DNA from: Eledone cirrhosa
Taxonomy: Eukaryota
Assembly (NCBI GenBank): GCA_964016885.1
Contig: OZ024747.1
Location: 46,996,001 to 47,060,000, forward strand
DNA length: 64,000 nucleotides
Reading direction: 5' to 3'
A program made the translations under genes and the position numbers. This document shows positions 30,397 to 45,308 of this stretch, piece by piece. A model generated the notes under the pieces. The model saw only the letters and a list, made by a program, of their open reading frames with translations, had not been told where the DNA came from and ran no database searches. Positions within the stretch are counted from its first letter, which is position 1; each line of letters opens with the position of its first letter.

Positions 30397-30400
<4 letters not shown>
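28657..30400 (+). repeat. Duplicated ~290-bp island (28657-28955 and 30113-30400) separated by ~1.15 kb of (TA)n
   Basis: Near-identical sequence in both copies; each contains an HHR 3' half, GAAA-ccgg-TA-atgga, without CUGANGA. Confidence 0.85.
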
Positions 30401-30466
<66 letters not shown>

Positions 30467-30470
<4 letters not shown>

Positions 30471-33090
30471 GGGTGTGTATGATTGTGTATAGAAGATTAT
30501 ATTAATAAAAGGAATTCCAACTTTGTCTGATTTACTTGTTTTATTTACAATCCTTTAAAATTATAATGGTATTATAATGAAATAGCATGGTAGAATATTA
30601 AATGTTAAGTGTTAATTGAACAATTACTTTCATGCTTTCGCAATCTTCAGGTTCATATTCAGTGGTGACAGTCAAGTTTGCAATTTTCAACTGTAATAAG
30701 ATGGGTAAATTCTGTGCCTTATATACAGTAAAAAGGGGCTACAGAATGCTAAGTTTTGCAAACTGTATTTTGCTATTTTTAGAAATGATGAAAATAGCAT
30801 TTTCTATGGTTTTATAAAACATCTTCAGTAATCATCACCATCAACATCACTTTTATTATTATTATTGTTGTTGTTGTTGTTAGTGGTGGTAGTCGACATG
30901 GTCGTAGTCATAGTAGGAGTAATACCCCTAAGCATTATTATTGTTCATTTAGCTTGGATTGGAATTTATTAATAAAATTCTTTTCTTTAATTTTTCTCTT
31001 GATTTTACTTCGGATGTGTAGTTTGTAGAATGGAAATATTATAAATATTTTCCGACTACATGTTGCTAGATGGTTACTCAGGGGTATCTGACCGACATTT
31101 GGGTCTCTGATTTGCTGTCGGTGCACCCGTACACGTCTCGATAGTGCATTTCCAGTTTGGCTGACATATAGTTCTTCACAATTCGGGCATTTAATGCAGT
31201 AAATTAGATTTCTGCTTTTGCAGTTCATATTTGCATTTGGGAATATTTTTCCAGTTTTTGTGTTCATATATTCACCAGTGTGTATGGATTGACATGTGCC
31301 ACATCAGCTATCATCACATTTAGATACAGTGAATGATTGGTCTTTGTTGTTAAGGTCAAACTTTGCCTTTGTTAGTAATTGCTTCAAAATTTTCGGCTGT
31401 CTTTTACTAAGAGTCAAAGATCGATCTGTGATTAAGCCTTTTAATTCATTACTTTGAGCAATGATCAGTAGGTTTGCTTTGGCAGTGTTGAAGATATTCT
31501 GGTGGCATGTGTTGTGTGTCATTATAAATGGTATGACCATTTCTTGGTTTCTTCTTCCTTGGGTTGTCCTAAGTTGTTGTATAGGTATTTTTATAGCCCG
31601 CTGTATGCCATTTTCTATAAGTAGAGATGGGTATTTTTGTTTGAGCAAAAATTCTCTCAGTTCTGTTAGGCGTTTGTTCCTGGTATTGGTATCTTCTACA
31701 ATGGTACAAATTCTTCTGGCTAAGCAGTATGGGATGTTGCGTTTTGTATGAGGTGGATGGCACGACTTAAAATTCAGATATCGATGGGTGTCTGTGTGTT
31801 TATAGAATATATCCGTGGTAATGGTGGTGTCGTTTTTGATTACCATTATATCTAGGAATGGTAATTTGGTCCTACTCATCTCTTTTGTGAATTGGAGAGA
31901 TGGGTGTAGGTTATTCAGGAGGATATTGAACTCATCCAGAGTATCTAGAAATTCTGTCCAGATGATGAAACAGTCGTCAGGGTATCTCTTCCAAGATTTT
32001 TCAATGTACTTTCTAAAGTCAGTGCTATATTTTTGCTCTATTTCTTGGTAGAGTTGTTGTTCTAAGTATCCCATTACAGAGTTCGCGTAAACGGGAGAAA
32101 ACTTCGTTCGTATCGCTGTGCCTCTAATTTGGATGTAATTCTCTCCATTGAAGAAGAAAGTGTTGTTTTCCAGAATAAGTTTGACTGCGTCTAATATAAA
32201 TGGCGCTGTGAATCTGGTGGGAATCAATTCTCTATGTTTTCCACTCAGTATTTAACCACCTTTATTCTAAATCATGTGTAATGTTGGTGTAAAGGCTTAC
32301 CACATCAAAACTAAGTAGAAGTGAATTCGTTTCCGTGGTTTTGGGAAGATGGGACAGGAAGTCGATATCATCCCGGATGAAACTGGGTATGTGAATACAT
32401 AGTGGTTTCAAAATAATGTCAACAAAATTGCTTAGGGCATGTTGGACCAGCTATAATAGGTCTAAGTTTTAAGTCTTTTGGGTGTAGTAATTTAATGTAC
32501 TCACTGTTTTGTTCTTTTACTGCTAGTTGTATTTCTTTTGACTTATGAACTTTCAGTAGGCCTTACAGGTTGCTGGGTTTTGGCTCAAAATTGGTGATGT
32601 AGTCTCTTTCCTTATCAGTAAGTGAGGTATGGTATTTTGAAGCCAGGTTGTTGATCTTCTTCATGATGTTGTGGTCTATATTTGACGGTATTTCATGATA
32701 GAATGTTGTGTCTTTCAGTTGTTCCTCAACCAAATCTTTGTACTATTCAGCATCCATTATAACAACTGCACCCCCTTTATCTGCTTGTTTAATTATTATT
32801 GTTTTATCATTTTGTATACGTTTAAGTGCAGACATTTCCGATTTGTTAATGTTTGGCCTAACATTAGTATTACGTCTAAGAGGAAATTTAGACAGGATAT
32901 AAATGTATTGGTCGAGATAGATATTTCTTCCTTTTGGCGGAGTGAAATTTGATTTATTCTTTACTAGTGATTCATCACTCTCATTACTTTTATCAGCGAA
33001 GAATTCTACAAGTCGTAATTTACGACAGAATTCTGGGGTATCCTCCTTCAGTTCTTGGTGGTTGACTGTTGGAGATGGCGTGAATTTCAG
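30467..33090 (-). pseudogene. Decayed 5'-truncated Penelope-like element (Neptune-like)
   Basis: Fragments: LKFTPSP..FCRKLRL, IIKQADKGGAVV, LLSFDVVSLYTNI, YIQIRGTA..FSPVYAN, RYPDD (damaged motif C), FLDI, HPPHTKRNIPY, KCDDS*CGTC, NLIYCIKCPNC..YVSQT..LSRR..H. Frameshifts and one in-frame TGA. The 3' UTR carries an HHR and ends in (TA)n. Confidence 0.9.
30616..30656 (-). ncRNA. Hammerhead ribozyme in PLE 3' end (stem III palindrome mutated)
   Basis: atgaac-CTGAAGA-ttgcgaaagcat-GAAA-gtaa-TT-gttcaa; an intact version lies at 44532-44572. Confidence 0.75.
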
Positions 33091-33956
33091 GGCCCTAGAT
33101 AAACTTAAACTAAATATTAAGATAGTGGAAAGACCAGGTACCTCCATAAAAACACTTATTAGTAATACATACCTTTTCAAAGACCTCCCTGTATAGATAA
33201 GAAATGCATAATATGTAAACTAAGTCTCCATATTAACTGCACAACTAGAATCATAGTATATAGCATAAGATGTACTGAGGGACAATGTAAAGATAAGAAT
33301 ATAGTGTACATAGGTGAGACAGCTCGTAGTATAGGAGAACGATTAAATGAACACCTGGCGAGAGCTTCAAGATAGAAAAGACTCATCAGTATTCCACCAA
33401 TATGCTAAAATAGAACATAAGGGCAAATTAGAGAACATAGAAATAAAAATCAAATCTACACACAGAAAAGACGCAATGTTTAGACAAATCACAGAGGCAA
33501 TAAACATAAATGAACTCCAACCAAAATTAAATAGAAAACATGAATGGAATAGCAACAGCACAACTTACAATTAAGGACAACATGCAAACACACACACATA
33601 GAACAAACAACCAACTAATAACATGTAAATAAACAAATAAATAAACAAATAAAAACACACACAGACACCCGGATGTAACACATGCACAAACTAAGCACAC
33701 AACACACACAAAAACAAGATGGCGTAGGACAGAACAAAAGAGAGGCACAAAACAAAGAAAAGAATCCCCGCTCACTGATGTGGTCACAGAATGTGTGGCG
33801 AAAGAAGTTTGACAATATATGAACAACCATCCGGTTGTGGAACCAACCAACCAACCAACCAACCAACCGGAAATTTATAATTTAATTTATAATAAATTGG
33901 AGTGAAACCAACTAGTGCGTGTGTTTCTTATTAGCAACATGATCCTCCCAAAGTAT

Positions 33957-33960
<4 letters not shown>
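33091..33960 (+). pseudogene. 3' fragment of a third PLE type (Nematis-like GIY-YIG + 3' UTR)
   Basis: Across two frameshifts: KIVERPGTSIK..PCIDKKCIIC..NCTTRIIVYSIRC..C..VYIGETARSIGERLNEH..SSVFHQY..RQITEAINI..LNRKHEW. Degenerate HHR at 33772-33812 (tca-CTGATGT-g-gtcaca..tgtggc-GAAA..tga). Confidence 0.8.
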
Positions 33961-33998
<38 letters not shown>

Positions 33999-36307
33999 TT
34001 ACAAAAATGTTTTTTCTACTGAATTAAATCCTAACAAGACAAGACTATTCATTGCAAGTGCTTTTCTGTTACATGATCCAGTCTTTTGGGAGCATAGAAG
34101 AGGGTGTTGAAAATATAAACGCATGTTACGTGATTTTACGACTCTTTCAGCCCATGAAGTTAGAGACAAGGAACTCTGCTATATCCATGTAAGAATAACA
34201 GAGAGTGCAATATCAGTCAGTGAAATGTCTGGAAGAGATATGATTTGCCATGAGGTATGGAAAACATTGGATAATGGCCGCAATCTTCCACGTTGAGGAG
34301 AACGCAAAAAGAGGGGCAATGCTTACATGCAGCAGACGTTACATGAGGGTGAATTCCCAAAATTAGAGTGACCATGGTACCATACCATTTAGAGTCATCT
34401 AGAATGATTGCAATGGTCGAAACCTACTGTAATGAGGTTAATTTGAATTACGTCTAACCCCAACAGTGCAGGAAAGGGTTGTACATGAGTAACAACTTGT
34501 TTGTTGTACATGTAGACCATCATAACATTTTGGAAACTTTCCCCTTCGTGAGGGAAATGCAGTCATAAACATGCTGTTATTAATAACTACAATAACAAAA
34601 GCCACTACAGCCGCAGCAGTCGCAGCAACAATATCAACAATAGCCGCAACAGCCAGACGTGAAATAAGAATATACATCGATAAAAAACAATAATATTTTC
34701 ATATGTTCATTTAGTAGTATCTCTATTAAAGCACTTTTCACATAGATATTATACAATAACAAGCAAGGGCACATAAGCAGAGCCTCAACACACAATAAGG
34801 AAGATATAGATAGTAACAAGGTAAAGTCCTTGAAATGGCAGACTGGATGAGTGGGTGAGAAAAATAGAAGAAAAATAGAAAACGAAGAGCTAATGGTCAA
34901 ACATCGAAGACACAAATGTTTTGGAGCTTCAAGACTATAAAAGACTAAAAAAAAAAGGGACGACCAAACAAACAGTCCTGACCACCATCGCTAAGATAAA
35001 GTAACAACACCAACAACAACAACACCAACAACAACTAAAAAACTAACTACAGTAACAATAGCAAGAACCTCATCCAGAAGAACCATAGCCAGTCACACGA
35101 CAGGAACAACTACAAAAGATGATTTCAAGCGCAAGAAATAATCTTTATTAAAACTCCGAGGTATTATTGTATGGACTGTGAGAGATTGGCCGAATAGATA
35201 AAACAATGTAAGGTGAAGTTGAATCCGAAGATAAGTGCTATAGTGCTTTATTAAAATATTTGTGGCACAAAAATTTGAAAAACATTTACCGTTGATTTAT
35301 ACTTATTGACTTATAATGGAGCAAATAGTTTAGGTATAAAATATTTGAAATGTAATAAAAACTGTAAGTACCACAAGGAGTAATTTAGAAATAAGCCTAT
35401 AGGCATAAGGAATGAGAGTAAAATAGGACGACAGAAAAATGATTGAATCATTAACTATAAAATACGATGATGGTAATGCCAAACAAAACGAGAGAGCTGT
35501 AAGAGTGGAAGATAAAAGTACATTATAAATTTTGTTTGAAAGGTCTATTCGTTTAGAACGGAAGTGATAAGTAGGTGGCGACGTCGTGCTACAATAAAGG
35601 TGAGCATTATTTAAATACTGGAAGAAACATCTAGGGAGATCCTATTCCATGACGGGAATAATTGACGTTTGAAAATGATGTTTATAAATTGAACTCTAAA
35701 TCTAATTCTGAAACTATAACAATGGTAGACTATTTTATAAAGATAAATATTAAGTAAATAGGTATCTTCATGCTCACAAAAGTGTTAGTGGAAAATATTT
35801 AATAGAGAGAAATCCTAAGATAATTTTATGGACGTTAACATAGTTTAATCTAATACGTATCATAATTAAAGCTGGAATGGGAGGTGGTTAGTAATCTCAG
35901 ACAATGTTATCTAGGAATTGTTATAGACATTATACTTCATATTTATGATTGAAAATTATACATATCTTGAAAGGATTAAACTAAATCTATTAAAACTATG
36001 CTCTATGAAAAATATAAAGAAAAAATATATGCAAAAAAAAAAAAAAGAATTAAATAGATATAAAATATATGCACACAATGCTTGCAACAACTTTAAATGT
36101 TGTTGTTGAAAATTGCAAAGTGATATTCGTTCTTATATCCCCGAGCCCATAGTGGAAGGTCATTAAAATTTGAAATAATTTTTAACTATTTAAGCAAATA
36201 GTTAAGCGATGCTTATAAGAAGCACGGAACGCTGAAGCTTAGCAGTCTGTTTCAGACAAGACTATTTTTTTTCAACAAAAGCATAGTTGACTTAAGACTA
36301 AATATAG

Positions 36308-36481
36308 ATTGTTTTAGCTGAAGAGTGGACAAAAATTCCTTTGGAGACAATTCAAACTTTGTACGAGTCCATACCTCGTAGAATTCAAGCTGTAATTACT
36401 GCCAAAGGTGGTCCTACCCCATATTAAAATTAATTTGTTTGAAATTTTAAGGTGTTTCCATTATTTTGTCCAAGCCCTGTA
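36308..36481 (+). mobile_element. Tc1-type transposon 3' remnant
   Basis: IVLAEEWTKIPLETIQTLYESIPRRIQAVITAKGGPTPY* is a typical Tc1 transposase C-terminus. It is followed by TIR-like ggtgtttccattattttgtccaagccctg|TA. Confidence 0.85.
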
Positions 36482-36560
36482 TATAGGGCGGAGCCCCAGC
36501 ATGGCCTCAGCCGGATGGCTGGAACAGGTAAAAACGTAAAAGAGTAATATATGTGTGTGT

Positions 36561-36629
<69 letters not shown>

Positions 36630-37463
36630 AAGGAGGATGTGACTCCGGGGGACACTGCTTAGTCTATAATAAAATGCAAACGTTTTGTAGAGTGTGCATC
36701 TTAAAAGATATTTCTGCTAACACGACGAAGATTGTTAACACATATACACACAAATGCATTGGTGCCAATAGGAAAGTCTAATCGTAATTAGTCAACCTGC
36801 TAGAACTAGCAGATAATGTAGTCATGGCTATAGAAGATAAGACGGACACTATTGGTAGTCAGGTGGATCAGATTTGAGGACCATATTTCTGATAGAGACA
36901 TAAGGACATTCAGGTGGTATACGGCATGTCATGGTCAATTTAAATCTGACGGAATCCATCCCTCTTCATGTCTGAACACAACAGATGTCTCCCAGAGTAG
37001 GAGAGAGGGTGACATAAAGAAAGTGAGAAAGCGATATAGAGGATGTATTTACCCGAGTACCAGAGTGGTACTTTTTAATCAATCTCGAAATGAAGTAGAG
37101 CAAAATTAACCTCAGAAGGTTTTTAAATGAGAGCTAGAGAGCCCGAACAAATACCACGTAGCTTTCTATCCGATCATTATGTCGTGGGTTTAATTCCTGC
37201 ACTGGGTTATGTATTGTGTTCTTGAGCAAAACGCTTCATTTCCCGTTCCTCCACTCAACTAAAATAAAGTACCAGCTATAGCTGGAGTTTAACCCTGCGA
37301 TGGACTGGCGTCATGATCAGGAGTAACATTGTATTCTCAGTTGATACACGCCACGAAAACCGGGCTAAGCACCACCATAACGAGCTTCCGGGCTCAGAAC
37401 AGACTTTAGATTTGGACTGCTCGTCAGACTGGTGATGTGATAAAAGATATAAATCTTTTGTCA

Positions 37464-37564
37464 CATCACCAGTCTGACGAGCAGATCGATACAGGAGTCG
37501 GGTCCATAACTTCTATGGGTCACCTTGAGCCAATCTTCTGCGAAACACGCGTAACAGGTCGATG
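37464..37564 (+). ncRNA. Hammerhead ribozyme with 61-nt stem II, preceded by a fold-back
   Basis: catcaccagt-CTGACGA-gcaga...tctgc-GAAA-cacgcg-TA-acaggtcgatg. 37417-37484 is a near-perfect palindrome. Confidence 0.8.
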
Positions 37565-37615
37565 CGCAATAAATATTTTTCATATGGAAACGAAACTACC
37601 TCTATTATTTTTATC

Positions 37616-37683
<68 letters not shown>

Positions 37684-37775
37684 CGGGTTCAATCGGGTAA
37701 CCACATTAAGTAAGGTACTCAATGTTTTCCTTCGAATGAAACAGTTCTAGTCTTGTAGAAGCCAATTCGATATTA

Positions 37776-37810
<35 letters not shown>

Positions 37811-37889
37811 CGTTTCTGAATTTCTTTAGCAAGATTCTTTATTGGCAACATGACCTTCCCAAAGCATATCAATATATATATATATATAT

Positions 37890-37937
<48 letters not shown>

Positions 37938-38469
37938 CTTCTACAAGACTAATACTTCACTTACTGTGGTTACCCCCGATTTAACACGGGACTCACGTAT
38001 GTGTGTGTGTGTCTGTCTGTGTATATCTGCATATATTCATTTACTGGCTTTAGTCCTTAGAATGCGACAAGGCCGCGGCACCACCTGGAAAGGGTAAAGA
38101 AGAGTATCTCAATCGCAGAACAGGTCTTTTAATCAATCTCTTTTTGATCGAAACGATACAAAACATACTTATAGTAACCGTGAACACAAACCGCCAGAAT
38201 AGCGTCACACATACCTACATATTTACATAAGAATGGATCCTACATAGCATTTGTCACCCAAATTCTGTCTACAAGGCTTAAGGTAGCATACAGCAGGACT
38301 GAACCCGAAATCACGGTGGTTCAAAGCGAACTCCTTAGCCATATTGTCATTCCTGCACAGTAAATAGTGGTTATACACACACACTCACACACACAGATAC
38401 AAACACACAAACATACATAATATATATATATATTTGTGTGTGTGTATGTATTTATGTAGCTTTCTATGC

Positions 38470-39275
<806 letters not shown>

Positions 39276-39337
39276 TGTTGATTTAAAACTGCACTATCAA
39301 CAAGTGTTTTTTTTAGCCTTCATATCATGTTCTCCTG

Positions 39338-39404
39338 TTTTATCTGATGAAAACACAAATATTATTGTTTGATGATGTTTGTTTTTGAAATGCGCATAAT
39401 AAAA
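39338..39404 (+). ncRNA. Hammerhead ribozyme (island 39278-39530)
   Basis: ttttat-CTGATGA-aaac-acaaatattatt-gttt-gatgatgtttgt-tttt-GAAA-tgcgca-TA-ataaaa; palindromic stem III. Confidence 0.85.
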
Positions 39405-39580
39405 TATATTGAACTCCTTTAACCATCTTTTGATCTTATATTATGCATACTCCAGTCCCACAAACTGTAGAGTGCTTCTTATCCGATATCTGCATTGCTT
39501 TATTGTACTACAATAAAACTCACCTCCTACATATACATATATATATATATATATATAAATATATATATATGTATATATAA

Positions 39581-39611
<31 letters not shown>

Positions 39612-39634
39612 CATATAAATATATATATATATAC

Positions 39635-39707
<73 letters not shown>

Positions 39708-39883
39708 AAGTATGTATGTATGTATACGTACATACATATATGTATACAGACGTACAGTATTATGTATATATATACATACATGCTACGTATCGGTTTACCG
39801 AACATTTATTATAATGCTCGGTTTGTTTAAGTAAGTGCCGTACTAAGAGTGAGAAATGAAATTTCGTTTCATTCTATTCCATT

Positions 39884-39940
<57 letters not shown>

Positions 39941-40761
39941 GTACAAATATACGTACGTACATATATGTCTGTATATGTATGTTTGAGGGAGATTATGTAA
40001 GTGTGCGATAGAAGATTAGGATAATAAACCTTTCGGCACATGTACATAGACCAGGAGAGATGGCGGGTGAGTGTGGGAGAGAAATAAGTATGTCTGAGAA
40101 TGTGACGAAGGAAGATATGGAGATAGTGAAGGAGAAAGAAAGCAAGAAAAACAGTGAAACGAAGCAACAGTGACGTGATATTTAGCAGCTGCTGATTATG
40201 CAGTTTAGTGGGTGGATGTAAAACTGCAATAGGGGTGGCTTATATCAGGGTAGATGGCGGTAGGCTGGCTGTATCTCTGCTTGACTAGGTAGCTGCATGT
40301 CGGCTTCAACATGTAGGTGGAGAGATATTATTATAAAGCTGCATTAACATACACTGTCGTATGCAGAGAAATACAAACACACAGACACAGACAGACACAT
40401 ATACGGACACACATATATACATTCATACGCAAACACCCACGTATATTCTTTTACTGCTTTCAGTCATTGGATTGCAGTAATATTGGGGTATAGGTATGTG
40501 AGTAAATACGTTTGATAGTAGGAGGGTACCTTATGTTGAGTGGTACAGAGAGAGATATGGAATCAAGGAGAAATATATTTATCCTTTTGGCTAATCCAAC
40601 CCATTATTCTGATTGGTTTGCCATATCATAAACACCTAATTTTTTCCTCTCTTAGTTTTAGTTGCCATATTTTTATTCTGTAGCCATTCTCCACCCCCCC
40701 TCCCTATCTCTCTCTCTCTATATATATTTATATATATTTATATATATATATATATATATAT

Positions 40762-40980
40762 ATAGGAACGAGTAGGACCCCGACGGCTGAGCTCAAGCCG
40801 TTTCGACGGCTAATTCTAGACTAACATTCTGGACTATTTTAGTCCAGAATTAGCCGTCGAAACGGCTTGAGCTCAGCCGTCAGGGTCCTACTCGATCCTA
40901 TTACCCACACTACTACCCCAAGTATTGAGTTCTTTGGTGCGTTATGGTCCACCTGGTTCCTTACCACATTTCCTTCGTTA
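40762..40980 (+). mobile_element. Fold-back PLE-type 3'-end fragment (family B)
   Basis: Arms ggaacgagtaggaccccgacggctgagctc... / ...gagctcagccgtcagggtcctactcgatcc plus the shared tail. Confidence 0.7.
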
Positions 40981-40989
40981 TATATATAT

Positions 40990-41091
<102 letters not shown>

Positions 41092-41141
41092 ACTTATATA
41101 TAATATATAAGAACAAAAGATGGTTAAAGGAGTTCCATGTA

Positions 41142-41208
41142 TTTTATTATGCGCATTTCAAAAACAAATATCATCATGCAATAATATTTGTGTTTTCATC
41201 AGATAAAA
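41142..41208 (-). ncRNA. Hammerhead ribozyme, inverted second copy of 39338-39404
   Basis: Same core; the differences lie in the stem II loop and at a G-U to A-U pair. Confidence 0.85.
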
Positions 41209-41273
41209 CAGGAGGACATGATATGAAGGTTAAAAAACACTTGTGGATAGTTCAGTTTTAAATCAACTTATAA

Positions 41274-41306
<33 letters not shown>

Positions 41307-41327
41307 GTATATATATGTACATATATT

Positions 41328-41398
<71 letters not shown>

Positions 41399-41405
41399 TT
41401 ATTAT

Positions 41406-41436
<31 letters not shown>

Positions 41437-41458
41437 CGTATATATATGTACATATATT

Positions 41459-41569
<111 letters not shown>

Positions 41570-41670
41570 TTATTATTACTATATATATATATATATATAT
41601 ATATACGTATATATATATGTACATATATTTATATAAATATATATATACGTATATATATGTACATATATTC

Positions 41671-41726
<56 letters not shown>

Positions 41727-41754
41727 GTATATATATGTACATATATTTATATAA

Positions 41755-41792
<38 letters not shown>

Positions 41793-41797
41793 GTATA

Positions 41798-41840
<43 letters not shown>

Positions 41841-43254
41841 TTATTTACATATATATATATATAAATTTATATATATATTTATTTACATATATATAAAATC
41901 TTTCTCACTCTGTCTCCTTTACTTTTTTTTTTTTTCTGTACGTATGTTTAAATGTATATGTGTGTAAAAGCGAATTGGCAGATCCGTTAGAACGGTGGAT
42001 AGAAAGCTTTGCGTTTTTCGTTCCTGCTCTTTTCGCTCTGTGTTCAAATCAAGGTCAAATTCACGCGATATGACATGGCTGTATTCCTATGACCTCACCA
42101 GGAGTTCAGAGTTCATGGATGGTTGGATGGATGGATGAATATATATATATATGTGCGTGTGTGTGTGTGCATATACAAATATATAATGTATAAATACAGA
42201 TACACACACATATATATATATATATATATTGGAAGTGGGGATAAGTGGGTTATTTTCACTTAATATTTTTTTTTTATTCCATTAGATGAAAGAATTAATA
42301 AAGACCAGATTAATCTAATTTGAAAGTATTCAAAAATAGCAATTCTAAATGTGTACTTCAGTGTAAATTCCATTGGTATTATTTTCCAAAGAAAATCATA
42401 CTTCATCAAGTTCGAAAGGTTTCGGATAAATTATGTAAATGTTTGATGTTTAGCTTATAATACCAAGCAGAATTTTGTTGTTGCTTACTTGTTACAAAAA
42501 AGCGAAGAAGTAAAAGATTTCTCTACCAAATGCAGGGTATTTAACAAAGGTTTAAATTGTACAAACATTTAAATAGTATATTACAACATTTTTTTCAGGG
42601 CTTAGCCCTTCTTTCGGTATGCAAGAGAGAATTCTTTTTGGTATTGCACCTAGTCGTTTCTCCTTCAGTTCTAGCAATTATTTGAAGTATGAAGGTGCCG
42701 CTTACGTCATCGTGCATAAAATTTTGGTCCAGATTTAATTTTCTTACTGTTTAATCAGGGAGAAGAAAAGCAGTTCTCATGTCCCTTTTCATTGCTTCCG
42801 TGTCTGGTGGAATGCAGGGAAGAATTTATCCTCAAACCAGAGGCCTCTTCCGAAAGCTTTCAACAGAATGGAACCCGCAAAAATTCACCCAAAGTTCAAT
42901 GGGTAACATTAAACCATATGATGAAGTATATCCACCATCAAAATTGTCCATTGCAAAATGACATGTACTAATCTGATTGAGGGTGCAGTCCCTTCATTAT
43001 CGTTAATGCAATGCTGTGCCTTCATATTACTAATAAAAAGGTTCTCTCATATATATATATATGTGTGTGTGTGTGTGTTAGGTAATTCCGAAGAAAAAGC
43101 AAAGGAAAAAGAATGCTCTAAGTATAGAACAGAGCTATTTAAATAGAAAGTGAACAATACAATATATAACTACTCCATCACCAAAGGTTTCTGAACTCTA
43201 GACAATATTAACATACGTCTGGATCGTTATATATTGTGTTGTTCACTTTCTAAT

Positions 43255-43313
<59 letters not shown>

Positions 43314-43404
43314 GTATGTAAAAGGTAAACAGAAATAACAACACAATCGGTACAGTATATGGAAGGTATATATTTGGTTAACGCTTGATATAGCTGGAAG
43401 AGGG

Positions 43405-43440
43405 TCTTAACGTTTCGGACGCTAGTCCTTCATCAGAAGA
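43405..43440 (-). ncRNA. Minimal hammerhead ribozyme
   Basis: tctt-CTGATGA-a-ggac-tagc-gtcc-GAAA-cg-TT-aaga. The host island 43318-43425 has an inverted copy at 44362-44470, and a related motif lies at 47008-47040. Confidence 0.8.
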
Positions 43441-44028
43441 AAGAATGAAAAATAAAATAGATTAAGGGGACGGGCGGGATTGAATTGGAAAAAATGTCTT
43501 TAGATAAAAATAATAGGTCCATTCATAGTGGATCTGTGTCGTCAGTTATGCTGGCAAAAGCGTTCAACGCATTCAAATTGATTAAGTTATATAAAACAGA
43601 ATTTCGACATATATATATTCAATCACACAAACTAGACACTTTCTATTTTGGTAAAGTAATAGAGAAACCGTATAGTTACTGTTGATCACTGACACCTAAA
43701 AGTGATTAATAATAAAAATGATATTTCAATAATTTATTTCTAGAATAAATGCTCAGCATATATATACAATTTACATACATGATTACTTGTATGAGTAACC
43801 TCGGAGAAAGAAACATTTACAGGGTTTAGAACGAAGGACCTTTTAATTGGAAAGCACACTTCTTATTGTAGCACTGTGTCTGATATAGGAAATGAATTGT
43901 GTGTATATCTGTTTCTATGTTTGTATGTATAAATTTCAAAGAGTTACAAACGGATATATATATAAATATACAAGCATGCTTGGCGTATTATTGCACCCTA
44001 ATTTTGACAACCAAAAATTTGAAAAAAA

Positions 44029-44219
44029 ATAATTGCTTCTACTTTAGGCAGAAGGCCAGCAAATACCCAGTGCATTACTGGTACTTTATTTTATCGACCC
44101 CGTAAGGATGAAAGGCAAAGTTAACCTCGGCGGGATTTGAACTCAGATCATAAAGGGACGTAACTATGCTGGAAAGCATGGTGTCCGACCCTCTACTGAT
44201 ACTGCCAATCCACCGCCCT
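44029..44219 (-). mobile_element. tRNA-derived SINE (family 1)
   Basis: Near-identical to 361-546. Confidence 0.9.
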
Positions 44220-44496
44220 GAAAAAAATTTGAAATTTGAAAAAAATAATAAACAGCCTTCAGTCTCTAGGACGCATGGTATATTTTTGAGACTTATTTTA
44301 TGAAAAAAATAGTGTCTTCGACGCCGGGAAATGTGGTATGTGTTTGTATATATATATAGGTCTAGCGTCCGAAACTCTAAGACACTCTTTTTGCTATTTC
44401 AAGAGTTACACTGATATATTCCTTCCATATACTGTACCGTTTGTGTTGTTTTTCTGTTTACCTTTTACATACACACACACACATATATATATATAT

Positions 44497-44720
44497 GTTG
44501 AAAATTGCAAACTTGACTGTCACCACTGAATATGAACCTGAAGATTGCGAAAGCATGAAAGTACTTGTTCATTTAACACTTAACATTTAATATTCTACCA
44601 TACTATTTCATTATAATATCATTATAATTTTAAAGGATTGTAAATAAAACGAGTAAATCAGACAAAGTTGGAATTCCTTTTATTAATATAATCTTCTATA
44701 CACAATCATACACACCCGTG
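44497..44720 (+). mobile_element. Solo 3'-end copy of the PLE at 30467-33090, with intact HHR (44532-44572)
   Basis: Reverse complement of 30467-30690; atgaac-CTGAAGA-t-tgc-gaaa-gca-t-GAAA-gtac-TT-gttcat. Confidence 0.85.
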
Positions 44721-44795
44721 TATATTTATTTATATATATGTATTTATATATATGTATATATATGTGTGTGTGTTTTCATGTATATATATATGTGT

Positions 44796-44894
<99 letters not shown>

Positions 44895-45308
44895 AAATGT
44901 TCTAAACTAACATTTATAGAAAGATTGAAATAAGTAGAATACTGAAATATAAATGTAAAACTCAAGACCAACAACTTTTAAATATAAGTATATATGAGGC
45001 ATTCTGAAATAGGTACTTAATATTGTTTTAGCAAGTTATAAATAAAAGATTAACAGGAGTAAAGTAAGCGAAAACAAAATTTTACCTCATATTTTATGAT
45101 ATTTAAGATTTAATAGCTCCTCTAAAACAAAATATAAAAGAAGGTGGATGTCGTAAAGATATTTTTAACATTTATAAGAAAATAGTGAAATGTGAAACCA
45201 GTTTCATTTGCTGTTTTCTATGTGAGGACAATCTTTTCTTCATCTCTTTAAAATCATAATTGTATTTATCAATCTGATCTGGATGAAAGATAATGGTGAC
45301 ATTTTCAG

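Noticed and set aside
31304-31306. In-frame TGA in the Cys linker (KCDDS*CGTC) as selenocysteine or programmed readthrough
   Set aside because: The position is normally Arg (CxxxRCxxC), so CGA>TGA decay is simpler. The copy also has frameshifts and a YPDD active site.
35100-36000. Degenerate CR1/L2-like LINE 3' end
   Set aside because: Purine-rich and suggestive, but I could not recover convincing motifs by eye.
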